Shown here: positions 37,701-53,350 of the stretch, piece by piece | Numbering within the stretch: position 1 is the stretch's first letter | Layout: each line of letters begins with the position of its first letter | Source of the DNA: Tubiluchus corallicola | Taxonomy: Eukaryota; Animalia; Priapulida | Direction of reading: 5' to 3' | Assembly: GCA_030141605.1 (NCBI GenBank) | Contig: JAQGDQ010000964.1 | Location: 11,565 to 75,564 of the forward strand | DNA length: 64,000 nt | Position numbers and translations under genes: made by a program | The notes under the pieces: generated by a model | What the model saw: only the letters and a program-made list of their open reading frames with translations | Told to the model about the DNA's origin: nothing | Databases searched by the model: none

Positions 37701-40700
37701 TACGGAACCAGAGTACACGAGGGTAGTACTGTTTGCTTCACAGTCCAGCACAGAGGTGTGTTTGGCTGTTGCGCACTTGTCTGAGGTAACAAGCAGTATG
37801 CTGCACTGCTAGCATCTGCTGCTAGGTAGAGAAAGTGCTGTCACTCACACAGTTTGTTGCCAGTTGTCGCGTGCTTACCCACAAACGGATCAAGTTTAAA
37901 CTGCGACAATTTAGGCTATTAGAAAGCAAAAAATATTTTTTCTTCAGGATTTTATCAAGTTAATGCATAAACTTTTGCGTGTTTGTTTGCTAAAAATTAA
38001 AATTATAAACGACAATAATAAAATAACACACGTTTATTTCATTTTACACAGTATTAAAACAATGGGTAAAAAATTTCTGAAACAGCACCCCCACTAATTT
38101 TAGCTACAAGCCGGCCGACCACTGCTCTAATAATTACAAACACATGTGCCTTCAAGAAAAGTGTTAATATAATCCGTCTGTTTCTAAAAAACTAGTTGCA
38201 TAAATTCCACTTCTCTGGGTCTGCAATCACATTTTCATTCTCCAAATGTAGCCCGTTGTCATGAGCATGAAATGGCTCATGTCATGTTTAGGGACTAGTT
38301 TTGTTGCCACAACTAGCGAGAATGCGAACAACTTACTCAAATCAGCACGACAAGCATAAACTCACTGAGTGCCAATCAACACAGGTTGATTTAACATGTG
38401 AACAACTTACTCAAATCAGCACGACAAGCATAAACTCAACAAGTGTCAATCAACACAGGTTGATTCAACATGTGAACAACTTACTCAAATCAGCACGACA
38501 AGCATAAACTCACTGAGTGCCAATCAACACAGGTTGACTCAACACGTGAACAACTTACTCAAATCAGCACGACAAGCATAAACTCACTGAGTGCCAATCA
38601 ACACAGGTTGACTCAACACGTGAACAACTTACTCAAATCAGCACGACAAGCATAAACTCACTGAGTGCCATTCAACACAGGTTGATTCAACACGTGAACA
38701 ACTTACTCAAATCAGCACGACAAGCATAAACTCACTGAGTGCCAATCAACACAGGTTGACTCAACATGTGAACAACTTACTCAAATCAGCACGACAAGGA
38801 TAAACTCACTGAGTGCCAATCAGCACAGGTTGACTCAACATGTGAACAACTTACTCAAATCAGCACGACAAGGATAAACTCACTGAGTGCCATTCAACAC
38901 AGGTTGACTCAACATGTGAACAACTTACTCAAATCAGCACGACAAGCATAAACTCACTGAGTGCCAATCAACACAGGTTGACTCAACATGTGAACAACTT
39001 ACTCAAATCAGCACGACAAGGATAAACTCACTGAGTGCCATTCAACACAGGTTGACTCAACACGTGAACAACTTACTCAAATCAGCACGACAAGCATAAA
39101 CTCACTGAGTGCCATTCAACACAGGTTGATTCAACATGTGAACAACTTACTCAAATCAGCACGAGCATAAACTCATTGAGTGCCAATCATCGCAGGTTGA
39201 CTCAACATGTGAACAACTTACTCAAATCAGCACGACAAGCATAAACTCACTGTGTGCCAATCAACACAGGTTGACTCAACACGTGAACAACTTACTCAAA
39301 TCAGCACGACAAGCATAAACTCACTGAGTGCCAATCAACACAGGTTGACTCAACACGTGAACAACTTACTCAAATCAGCACGACAAGCATAAACTCACTG
39401 AGTGCCAATCAACACAGGTTGACTCAACACGTGAACAACTTACTCAAATCAGCACGACGAGCATAAACTCACTGAGTGCCAATCAACACAGGTTGACTCA
39501 ACACGTGAACAACTTACTCAAATCAGCACGACAAGCATAAACTCACTGAGTGCCAATCAACACAGGTTGACTCAACACGTGAACAACTTACTCAAATCAG
39601 CACGACAAGCATAAACTCACTGAGTGCTGATCAACACAGGTTGACTCAACACGTGAACAACTTACTCAAATCAGCACGACAAGCATAAACTCACTGAGTG
39701 CCGATCAACACAGGTTGACTCAACACGTGAACAACTACTCAAATCAGCACGACAAGCATAAACTCACTGAGTGGCAATCAACACAGGTTGACTCAACACG
39801 TGAACAACTTACTCAAATCAGCACGACAAGCATAAACTCACTGAGTGCCAATCAATGCAGGTTGACTCAACATGTGAACAACTTACTCAAATCACCACGA
39901 CAAGCATAAACTCACTGAGTGCCAATCAACACAGGTTGACTCAACATGTGAACAACTTACTCAAATCAGCACGACAAGCGTAAACTCACTGAGTGCCGAT
40001 CAACACAGGTTGACTCAACATGTGAACAACTTACTCAAATCAGCACGACAAGCGTAAACTCACTGAGTGCCGATCAACACAGTTTGACTCAACATGTGAA
40101 AAACTACTCAAATCAGCACGACAAGCATAAACTCACTGAGTGCCAATCAACACAGTTTGACTCAACATGTGAACAACTTACTCAAACCAGCACGACAAGC
40201 ATAAACTCACTGAGTGCCAATCAATGCAGGTTGACTCAACATGTGAACAACTAACTCAAATCACCACGACAAGCATAAACTCACTGAGTGCCAATCAACA
40301 CAGGTTGATTCAACATGTGAACAACTTACTCAAATCAGCACGACAAGCATAAACTCACTGAGTGCCAATCAACACAGGTTGACTCATCATGTGAACAACT
40401 TACTCAAATCAGCACGACAAGCATAAACTCACTGAGTGCCAATCAATGCAGGTTGACTCAACATGTGAACAACTTACTCAAATCAGCACGACAAGCATAA
40501 ACTCACTGAGTGCCAATCAACACAGGTTGACTCAACATGTGAACAACTTACTCAAATCACCACGACAAGCATAAACTCACTGAGTGCCAATTAACGCAGG
40601 TTGATTCAACATGTGAACAACTTACTCAAATCACCATGACAAGCATAAACTCACTGAGTGCCAATCAACACAAGTTGATTCAACATGTGAACAACTTACT

Positions 40701-43700
40701 CAAATCAGCACGACAAGCATAAACTCACTGAGTGCCAATCAACGCAGGTTGACTCATCATGTGAACAACTTACTCAAATCAGCACGACAAGCATAAACTC
40801 ACTGTGTGCCAATCAACACAGGTTGATTCAACATGTGAACAACTTACTCAAATCAGAACGACAAGCATAAACTCACTGAGTGCCAATCAACACAGGTTGA
40901 CTCAACACGTGAACAACTTACTCAAATCAGCACGACAAGCATAAACTCACTGAGTGCCAATCAACACAGGTTGACTCAACACGTGAACAACTTACTCAAA
41001 TCAGCACGACGAGCATAAACTCACTGAGTGCCAATCAACACAGGTTGACTCAACACGTGAACAACTTACTCAAATCAGCACGACGAGCATAAACTCACTG
41101 AGTGCCAATCAACACACAGGTTGACTCAACACGTGAACAACTTACTCAAATCAGCACGACAAGCATAAACTCACTGAGTGCTGATCAACACAGGTTGACT
41201 CAACACGTGAACAACTTACTCAAATCAGCACGACAAGCATAAACTCACTGAGTGCCGATCAACACAGGTTGACTCAACACGTGAACAACTACTCAAATCA
41301 GCACGACAAGCATAAACTCACTGAGTGGCAATCAACACAGGTTGACTCAACACGTGAACAACTTACTCAAATCAGCACGACAAGCATAAACTCACTGAGT
41401 GCCAATCAATGCAGGTTGACTCAACATGTGAACAACTTACTCAAATCACCACGACAAGCATAAACTCACTGAGTGCCAATCAACACAGGTTGACTCAACA
41501 TGTGAACAACTTACTCAAATCAGCACGACAAGCGTAAACTCACTGAGTGCCGATCAACACAGGTTGACTCAACATGTGAACAACTTACTCAAATCAGCAC
41601 AAGCGTAAACTCACTGAGTGCCGATCAACACAGTTTGACTCAACATGTGAACAACTACTCAAATCAGCACGACAAGCATAAACTCACTGAGTGCCAATCA
41701 ACACAGTTTGACTCAACATGTGAACAACTTACTCAAACCAGCACGACAAGCATAAACTCACTGAGTGCCAATCAATGCAGGTTGACTCAACATGTGAACA
41801 ACTAACTGAAATCACCACGACAAGCATAAACTCACTGAGTGCCAATCAACACAGGTTGATTCAACATGTGAACAACTTACTCAAATCAGCACGACAAGCA
41901 TAAACTCACTGAGTGCCAATCAACACAGGTTGACTCATCATGTGAACAACTTACTCAAATCAGCACGACAAGCATAAACTCACTGAGTGCCAATCAATGC
42001 AGGTTGACTCAACATGTGAACAACTTACTCAAATCAGCACGACAAGCATAAACTCACTGAGTGCCAATCAACACAGGTTGACTCAACATGTGAACAACTT
42101 ACTCAAATCACCACGACAAGCATAAACTCACTGAGTGCCAATTAACGCAGGTTGATTCAACATGTGAACAACTTACTCAAATCACCATGACAAGCATAAA
42201 CTCACTGAGTGCCAATCAACACAAGTTGATTCAACATGTGAACAACTTACTCAAATCAGCACGACAAGCATAAACTCACTGAGTGCCAATCAACGCAGGT
42301 TGACTCATCATGTGAACAACTTACTCAAATCAGCACGACAAGCATAAACTCACTGAGTGCCAATCAACACAGGTTGACTCAACATGTGAACAACTACTCA
42401 AATCAGCACGACAAGCATAAACTCACTGAGTGCCGATCAACACAGTTTGACTCAACATGTGAACAACTACTCAAATCAGCACGACAAGCATAAACTCACT
42501 GAGTGCCAATCAACACAGTTTGACTCAACATGTGAACAACTTACTCAAACCAGCACGACAAGCATAAACTCACTGAGTGCCAATCAATGCAGGTTGACTC
42601 AACATGTGAACAACTAACTCAAATCACCACGACAAGCATAAACTCACTGAGTGCCAATCAACACAGGTTGATTCAACATGTGAACAACTTACTCAAATCA
42701 GCACGACAAGCATAAACTCACTGAGTGCCAATCAACACAGGTTGACTCATCATGTGAACAACTTACTCAAATCAGCACGACAAGCATAAACTCACTGAGT
42801 GCCAATCAATGCAGGTTGACTCAACATGTGAACAACTTACTCAAATCAGCACGACAAGCATAAACTCACTGAGTGCCAATCAACACAGGTTGACTCAACA
42901 TGTGAACAACTTACTCAAATCACCACGACAAGCATAAACTCACTGAGTGCCAATTAACGCAGGTTGATTCAACATGTGAACAACTTACTCAAATCACCAC
43001 GACAAGCATAAACTCACTGAGTGCCAATCAACACAAGTTGATTCAACATGTGAACAACTTACTCAAATCAGCACGACAAGCATAAACTCACTGAGTGCCA
43101 ATCAACGCAGGTTGACTCATCATGTGAACAACTTACTCAAATCAGCACGACAAGCATAAACTCACTGAGTGCCAATCAACACAGGTTGACTCAACATGTG
43201 AACAACTTACTCAAATCAGCACGACAAGCATAAACTCACTGAGTGCCAATCAACACAGGTTGACTCATCATGTGAACAACTTACTCAAATCAGCACGACA
43301 AGCATAAACTCACTGAGTGCCAATCAACGCAGGTTGACTCAACATGTGAACAACTTACTCAAATCAGCACGACAAGCATAAACTCACTGAGTGCCAATCA
43401 ACACAGGTTGACTCAATATGTGAACAACTTACTCAAATCAGCACGACGAGCATAAACTCACTGAGTGCCAATCAACACAGGTTGACTCAATATGTGAACA
43501 ACTTACTCAAATCAGCACGACGAGCATAAACTCACTGAGTGCCAATCAACACAGGTTGACTCAACATGTGAACAACTTACTCAAATCAGCACGACAAGCA
43601 TAAACTCACTGAGTGCCAATCAACGCAGGTTGACTCAACATGTGAACAACTACTCAAATCAGCACGACAAGCATAAACTCACTGAGTGCCAATCAACGCA

Positions 43701-45676
43701 GGTAAGTGTTAAAGTTCTTCGTCTTTTCCCGCATCAGGGTAATGATTAACTCCTTACCTGGGGAATTTCTTTAGAAGCAGAACGTTTGAGCTTGAGCAGG
43801 CGGAGGTAGTGACTAGCCTTTTCCTCCCTAAATGAGATCAGTTGTCAGTTTTTACAAGATGTAAATACAATTACTGAAAATGTGACAAATTTTTTTATAA
43901 ACAAATATTTGAAATAACTGCCTTAGGCAAACAGCAAATAAATGTTCATCGTGTTGCCTCAGGCTGTGCAGTTAAACAGGAAAGACAAGTCTCTGATAAA
44001 ATATATATAACTATTCCATTTTATTGTTAATTAAGATAATTAAAATGGTTAGATGAACTCATATATAGCTGTGCCAGGTCAAATACGATGATGTTGTGTT
44101 CATAACTTAGTAAAAAACTACCAGAAAGAAAACTGAAATTTTTAATTGTGGATCAAACTTATTTATATTAAAAATTAATGTTTGTTTAGTATAGGTTTGT
44201 TAGTCATTCTTTCAGTTCTTCTCTACTAACAATATCCAAAGGCAATGGAGCAGATGAAAGATGCTTATAGCTGACTTAACGGCAATTATTTTGAAGATCT
44301 GTTTATAAATTCATGTACGTGGCGCCATCTGTGGCAGAAATGTAAACATTTTAGTTTCAAACCAGCTTTCAGCAATTACCTGCCTGTCACTTGCCTGTTT
44401 CTTACCTGTGCTGTAAACAGTCAAGTTAATCCACTCAACATGGAACATTTCTGGGCTGAATTTTGTTACAATAAAGTATTTCACTGGTATTAACTTCTGT
44501 TGAAAATGTTTCTGTCATTTACAATGCCTATGTGTGACAGTTTTGACAAGTTATTTATTTGAAAAATTATCTATTCATAATCATAAATCCACGATTATTT
44601 ACTAATGATTAAATTAACTCGCAATTATGAAATTTCAAACCAAACTTGTCAGAAAGAAAACAAAAGTGAAAAAACTTAGTTATTTCAGTAGTCATGGCAC
44701 TCACCTTGTGAACGAAAGATGCCTAGTTCAAATCTGGACGCTCTCTCGATTTTTTCTCAATGTCTTTCTGTCTGACAAGATTGGTTTCAAAATTTGATAA
44801 TAGAGGGTTTACTGCATTGTTATTTGAAAAACTGTTATTTTTAAACTGTTGCATTTCGTTGTTGCTGATATCACTAGTTAAAACCAAACAGTTATTGATA
44901 TTGGATCATATAATTTGTGTGCTTGCAAACCAAAACCTTTGGCATAGTTAAACTACATTATGGCACTTCAAAGTAGAATAACCCAAAAAATGGGTCAAAT
45001 GTCACTTTTTTGTTTCTTATAAAGACAAATGCTGAATATGTCGCAGCAAAAAACAATGGCTGACTTTAACAGTGATTTTCATAAGGTTATGTTTTTCAGT
45101 GCACAGCCTGCGCCTCAACTTCAACGTGGATTATCTCAGCTTAGAAATAACATAGAGCGATGAACTTGGTATCAAAATGATCCTCATGAAATGGAGATTC
45201 AGCATATGTGAACAACTAAAAAAGCTTAACTACCGACAATAGATAGCTCAGTACCATCATCATCTAGAACATCTAAAGTCACAACAGCAAATCAGAACTA
45301 AACTCAGCAGCACTCACAAACACAGAAACTCTTATGTTAAATTGTGATTAACTAAAAAACTAATGCATTAAATTGTGATTAACTAAATGAACAACACGTA
45401 GTACCATTCAGCTTTCTCGCCCTCGCCAGGAAAAGTTGCGGAGAATTCGAAGAACTTGAAGATGATGTAGTTGATGGGGAAAATGATGATGCTGGTCTCA
45501 ATACCTAGAAGAAAATAGACCAGAACTGCACTGATTAACATTGAGTAACACAACTGCTTATACTTGATCAAAGTAGCTTTAAAGCAACATACAATAGTGG
45601 ATAACAACAATGACAATGACAGCGACAGCAGCAGCAACAACAACAACAGTAACAACAACAACAAGAACGACAACAA

Positions 45677-45738
<62 letters not shown>

Positions 45739-45753
45739 ACAACAGCACCAGCT

Positions 45754-45792
<39 letters not shown>

Positions 45793-48700
45793 TTAATAAT
45801 AATAATAATCTTTATTTAAAGTCATCTTTCGGATGAACAATTAACATATGCTCCAAAGAGCTATTATCACCGACTGTAAATGACATCTACAACATCATAA
45901 CAGAGCTATTATTACCCCACTTTTACCCTAAATACCAGGCACCGGGCAGGGCAAGAGCAGGTACCATTTTTAAAATCTTTGGTATGACCCGTCCGCAGTA
46001 TGGAATTCACAATCTCCCGGACAGAAAGCGGATGAATATACCATCCAGTAAAGCTGGTAAGTCTGCGACAAAACACCCCCCCCCCCCACAGCTATGAAAA
46101 CTGACCACATTTCTATCCAGTTCAAGGATCAAACAGACAATTTGATCAATAGGTTTCTCCAGGATTATAATAAGCACACATTTACAACTTATACCAATAA
46201 TTGGCAGAAAAGTAGTTTGTTATTTACTTTATATACTAACGTACATAAAGAGAGTAGAATCAGACACAAAAATGGCTGTCAACAATGCTGGAATCAAGTA
46301 AGCAATAATTATAAATATAATCGTCTCACCTACCTATAGCTATTTGAGCCCAGTTAATCGTTACGTCTCCCACTTCATATTGATCGGCCGGATCGTCGGT
46401 AGGGATTCCGTAAAACATGAGATTAGTCAACATTTCCAACAGTAGTATACATAATGCACAAGACAACCTCTGGAAAGATAATGCACTTAAATGACATCAG
46501 TGCTATTCTAATCAGAAAAGGCAAAATCATTAAAAATCAACTTAACTCACACAATGAGATATAGTACCTTTAACTCCTTCAGGACCGCACCAGTCAAAAT
46601 AGATCTTATAAGACCTGTGACTTTTCTGCTACTGTACGAGCACAGACATAACTAAATGATTACAAACTAGGTACTGTTCCATTCAGGTGAATCACAGATA
46701 TTCAATCATGCAATTTACTTAAACATCTATGTGATTGAATTGCATAAAATTAAGAAAAACGCGCCCTCTTCACCACTTCAACTTAGCCTATTGAGTAGCT
46801 TAGTCTGGTGCGCACTTGCGTGATCGTACACATTAATTTATTGATCGCCTGCTTGCTACAGCCCAAGCTGTACAGTGTTCTGCTGCTATTCCAGGAAAAA
46901 CCAACTGATCAGCCAAGGAGAAATTAAGGTTGTTTCATCTTTTAATAAGAATTTCTCTTTAAAAATAGAGTAGATTTGAGGCTAAAGTGTATCAGAGTGT
47001 TGTGTCTGCATAGTTAAAATTTTCTGCATTAACCGATTTCACACAAGTGATGCTGTACTTTGTTACAGCTAGTGCAAATACTGCAGTTACTAAAAGCTTT
47101 TTTTCAATTTATTCGTCAAAAATTGGTTTCCAATTTTTCTAAGGTAAGCAAATGTATTTAATATATAATTTGCATGAAAATCCATTGTGTGAGGAGTAGG
47201 AACCTTCAAAAATTAACAAATATAACGTAATCGCTGCTTAGTGAGAGCAGCTTTTCAAGAACCCATGCAAAATGCAGCACGTTTATGGTCATCGAAGGAT
47301 TAAAAAGACACCACAGTAGTACGTCTCATTTTATATACACCACTCTAGTAGTAGAAACCATTTTTCTGCACGGCACGGAGATAAAGTAACAATACTACTT
47401 GCTCCAAAAAATTAAAATAAGTTTCTAAATACTGAGTATGAAAGATGGTAAGCGGTAAGCCAGAATTAAAACAACAGTTAAACTAGGAGCTACTTTTTGC
47501 TAAAAAAACGGACAGCAAAAGGTTGGGAATAAGTCAGAATATGAAATCAAAACCTTTCTTAGCACACTGTCATTGTTTACTCATGCCAGATAACTGGTGA
47601 ATTAATTAACTTACTTTAATCACTAGCTAATCAGTGTTGAGCCTGAAAAATGCAAAAGTTCTCCAAAAGCCATTTAACTTATACCATTTCTTCCAAATAC
47701 TTACTTAAAGCAATACACTTGCTTATAAGAAAGTTGACAATTTTCAAAGACGTCTCTATAGAAAACAACTCAATATAAAATGGTCTGACAGAATATCCAA
47801 TGATGATCTGTATGATGTGGTAAAGAAGAATCCTTGGAATAAACAAATACAAGTAAGAAGATTGCATTGGACTGGGCATGCACTAAGATTAAATGGTCTG
47901 ACAGAATATCCAATGATGACCTGCATGATGTGGTCAAGAAGAATCCTTGAAGTAAACAAATACAAGTAAGAAGATTGCATTGGATTAGGCATACACTAAG
48001 ATTAAATGGTCTGACAGAATATCCAATGATGACCTGTATGATGTGATCAAGAAGAATCCCTGAAGTAAACAAATACAAGTAAGAAGATTGCATTGGATTG
48101 AGCATGCACTAAGATTAAATGGTCTGACAGAATATCCAATGATGACCTGTATGATGTGATCAAGAAGAATCCCTGAAGTAAACAAATACAAGTAAGAAGA
48201 TTGCATTGGATTGAGCATGCACTAAGATTAAATGGTCTGACAGAATATCCAATGATGACCTGTATGATGTGATCAAGAAGAATCCCTGAAGTAAACAAAT
48301 ACAAGTAAGAAGATTGCATTGGATTGAGCATGCACTAAGATTAAATGGTCTGACAGAATATCTAATGATGACCTGTGGTCAAGAAGAATCTTAAACAAAT
48401 ACAAGTAAGAAGATTGCATTGGATTGAGCATGCACTAAGATTAAATGGTCTGACAGAATATCCAATGATGACCTGTATGATGTGGTCAAGAAGAATCCTT
48501 GGAGTAAACAAATACAAGTAAGAAGATTGCATTGGATTAGGCATACACTAAGATTAAGTGGTCTGACAGAATATCCAATGATGATCTGTATGATGTGGTC
48601 AAGAAGAATCCTTGGAGTAAACAAATACAAGTAAGAAGATTGCATTGGACTGGGCATGCACTAAGATTACCTCAAGAGTCTCCTCTTCGTATGATGTTAT

Positions 48701-49889
48701 GATGATGATGATTATGATGATGACGATGACGATGATGATACGTATAATGTGGTCAAGAAGAATCTTTGGAATAAACAAATACAAGTAAGAAGGTTGCATT
48801 GGACTGGGCATGCACTAAGATTACCTCAAGAGTCTCCTCTTCGTATGATGTTATGATGATGATGATTATGATGATGACGATGACGATGATGATACGTATA
48901 ATGTGGTCAAGAAGAATCTTTGGAATAAACAAATACAAGTAAGAAGGTTGCATTGGACTGGGCATGCACTAAGATTATCTCAAGAGTCTCCTCTTCCTAC
49001 AGCATTACGTAAAAGTCTTGAAACAACAAAAAACCAAGAGGGTGGCCCAGCTACTGACGTATATAGATTTACTACAAAAAGATTTAGCAAATACAACTCT
49101 AGGTTTGAGGGCTGATGCTTCGTGGGTGGTGGGGGTGGACAGGAATGCGTGGCAACAACAGGCGGGACGTGCCTTGTTTTTTAGAATGTAGCAGGAGCGA
49201 TACAAAGACGAAGACGTGCTTATAAACAAAGCACCCATACTACTTTCAATCACGCAAACAATGTGATCTTACATACAACAATGAAATAACAAACCTGTGT
49301 CCTGCTAAAAGCCGTCTGAGGAGTGCGCCAAAAGATGCTGGCCCACAAATGATTGTCTCTGATCTCACCAACGACTTTGTGAGTGAACAAATGACGAAAT
49401 TCCTAAAACATTAAGCACATTTTAGCTTCAAATTAATGCACTGCTGGTTTTAACCTAAGAATGACGTTAACGTTGCAAATGCAGAGCAGCAAATAGCAAA
49501 TTTTCACATTAATGCAAACAAAAAAAGTAATAAAGTTTTACTGTTTACGATGCAAACAAAATAACCAAGATGTTACTTTAGCTGTTAGCAGTGAGTAAAT
49601 GCATACATTTTGCACGTACGTGTCCAGTAATAGCAGTGACTAAATTCATACACTTTGTACATGTGACCAATAATGACATTTATGAAAAAAATTGCTAACG
49701 AAATCTAGTAATTTACACAGGCATTTGTTCCAACAGTAGAAATATATTTACATTCTGTTGTGTTAGGACTCCAGCCAAAACGATGTACAAACAGAAGCAG
49801 AGGTTATGACTGACAGCAACAGAGACTAAATTAAGGCAGTCAGATTTTAGAAAATAGGTAGTGGAAGTTGAACAATGCATGTCAATTGT

Positions 49890-49946
<57 letters not shown>

Positions 49947-49991
49947 GTAGTAATAGTAATAATAATAATAATAATAATAGTAGTAGTAGTA

Positions 49992-50083
<92 letters not shown>

Positions 50084-52310
50084 CTTTTATTTATCTTTTA
50101 ACACCCGCACAGTTATAATACAATTAATTTGGCAACAAAAATGTGAAGAACGGGCAACGAACGACCAATTGGGGTCATCTAGTCAGCTGCCCTTTGGTTA
50201 GTGATGAACATTTTTTATAGGCGCTATGCTACAGTGAATTAGTGTTAGTACTGCTTATAATAAAAATTAAATTGTTAGGAATGACATTAAATTGATATGC
50301 TTATAACGTGTTAGTACAATTCATAAACAGTAATAATAAGTGCATAATAATAATAATAAAAATAATCAAACTGAAAATAACTGAAATAAGAACTGAAATA
50401 AAAATCTGACAACAGAAACGTAATAACAATGGCAACTGAAATGTATAATGGAGTCATAATATATCATAATAATGTACAATGAACAAAATGTACAATGTAC
50501 AATAATGAACAAAAAATTGGTCAAACGGTCACAGGCCAATAACGTAAATGATTGCTTACTACTCTGTGGAACAATGGTTGTTTTATGTCTCTAACAAAAG
50601 AGTAGGCGTAGAAACTCATGGGATGTTTACAAAATGATACGTGTGCTTGCAAACCAAAACCATCCATAAGTTGGCATAGTTAAAACTACGTTGTGATGTT
50701 TCAAAGTAAAATGCATCAAAAATTTGGTCAAAAACATTTTTCGTATTTTATAAAAAGCAATGCTAAATATGCAGTACTTTTATATGCTAGCATCAAATTC
50801 TCAAGAAATTGTTCAAAATACACGAAAAATTTAATTTTATAATCAGTTACCCACTTTTCTGTCTAGAAACTTGCAATGCAATTGTAAAAAACTCCTATAT
50901 TTAAAGTCCGATGGAAGCAGTCATTTTGCTTCGTTTTTTTTTCTGTTGCCAAGCCCAGATCTTCATCAGAAAGAGCCATCTACTGGCCTAGTGGATTCAA
51001 ACTTAACTTCAATGTCTTCTTGCAAAGTCCATGGCAACCAACGTACGTACGGTTGCTAAGTGTTTTGTAGGAATGCGATGATTTTCTCAAGATTATGTTT
51101 TTCAGTGAGCAGCGTGCACCTCAAATTCAACATGAATTATCTCAGCTTAGAAATAACATAGAGTGATGAGCTTAGGATCAAAAGAATGCTCATGAAATGG
51201 AGATTCAGGATACGTGAATAACTAGAAAAGCTTAATTGCCGACTTATGGACGATTTTCCTATGCAAGCACACATTTAAGAAATCACATAAGTTGTTTTGC
51301 TGCTTTGCACATAGCTAAAAGTGTGTTTGCATCGAGAGTGTTTGGATTACCCGTAAAAAAAACAGTTGCTGTTTACTGAAAATAAGTTGAAACATGAAAC
51401 GAGTAATACATTCTAACACTTCTAACAGAAACTGTTAAACAATGCTGATGTACCTACCACTAGTTGTGCTGCAGTTGCAGGAAACAATGTACAATTAACA
51501 GTTTGTGGACCCCGATCAACAGCCAGCCAATCGTTATAGATGAAGAACCAGACTTGATCAGTTTGAATGTCTCTCACCACGACTTGAATCAAAAACCTAC
51601 GATGCACCAATGTCTTATTGTATCATTTGTAAAAATTATTAGCATTTTTAACTTAAAGTACGGGTACATTTCACGTTTATTGACAAAGATACAGTTCTAA
51701 AGCTTCCCGTCAAAGCCAGACCCTCACAGTTTATCAACACCTCATTAAAGCTAAAAACCTAACTAATCAAAAATTTGTATACTTTTCCTTTAATTATTTA
51801 CAAGAATTATTACCAGGACGGATTTTTTCCTGCACAGTCATGCCAGACATCGAGAGACATAAGGTTGCCAAGAGACGCTCTCGTCGTCATGACGAACCAA
51901 TCCTGAGCTCCGCGATCTCTGAGAGGTCGATGTTTGTCCACTAGCAAAGTTGGCAAGCTGCTACCATCCTCTCCTGAAGCAAGAAGAAAAACAATCAGAA
52001 ATGAAACGAAAAACTCCTAAGCGTTTCAAATTTAATTGCTAATTTGGGGTTTAATTGATTTTTATCTGTCATCTCTTCATTACAATTAAATTTGACTAGC
52101 AAGACTGACACACACATGCACACACACACACATATATACGAGCACACACACACACATGCACGCACTCACATATACGAGCACACACACACACATGCACACA
52201 CACACACATATATACGAGCACACACACATGCACACACACACACACACATGCACACACACACACATATATACGAGCACACACACATGCACACACACACACA
52301 CATATATACG

Positions 52311-52344
<34 letters not shown>

Positions 52345-52954
52345 CACACACACACACATATATACGAGCACACACACATGCACACACACACACACATGCA
52401 CACACACACACACATATATACGAGCACACACACACACACACACACACACATGCACACACATATACGAGCACACACACATGCACACACACACACACATATA
52501 TACGAGCACACACACACACACACACACACACATGCACACACACACACATATATACGAGCACACACACATGCACACACACACACACATGCACACACACACA
52601 CACATATATACGAGCACACACACATGCACACACACACACACACACATGCACACACACACACACATATATACGAGCACACACACATGCACACACACACACA
52701 CACATATATACGAGCACACACACATGCACACACACACACACATATATACGAGCACACACACATGCACACACACACACACACATGCACACACACACACACA
52801 TATATACGAGCACACACACATACGCACAGACACATATATACACACACACACACGCATGCACGCACTCACATATACGAGCACACACACACATGCACAGACA
52901 CACACACGCGCACACACACACGAGCAAACACACACACACACAAAGACACACGAG

Positions 52955-52998
<44 letters not shown>

Positions 52999-53115
52999 TA
53001 TATATACGAGTACACACACATACGCACAGACACATATATACACACACACACACACACGCATGCACGCACTCACATATACGAGCACACACACACATGCACA
53101 GACACAACGAGCATG

Positions 53116-53159
<44 letters not shown>

Positions 53160-53318
53160 CGAGCACACACACATACGCACAGACACATATATACACACAC
53201 ACACACACGCATGCACGTACTCACATATACGAGCACGCACACACATGCACAGACACACACACGCGCACACACACACACACACGAGCAAACACACACACAC
53301 ACAAAGACACACGAGCAC

Positions 53319-53350
<32 letters not shown>

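Noticed and set aside
37021-43703. Possible CRISPR-like arrays
   Set aside because: Whole units repeat with no unique spacers; eukaryotic intron context, no cas genes.
43694-43708. Perfect + strand donor cag|gtaagt at the end of the satellite (antisense exon?)
   Set aside because: Single motif with no supporting acceptor, ORF or transcript evidence.
44705-44772. Candidate minus-strand exon with strong AAG|gtgagt donor
   Set aside because: Frames contain or create stops, and the neighbouring exons already join in phase without it.
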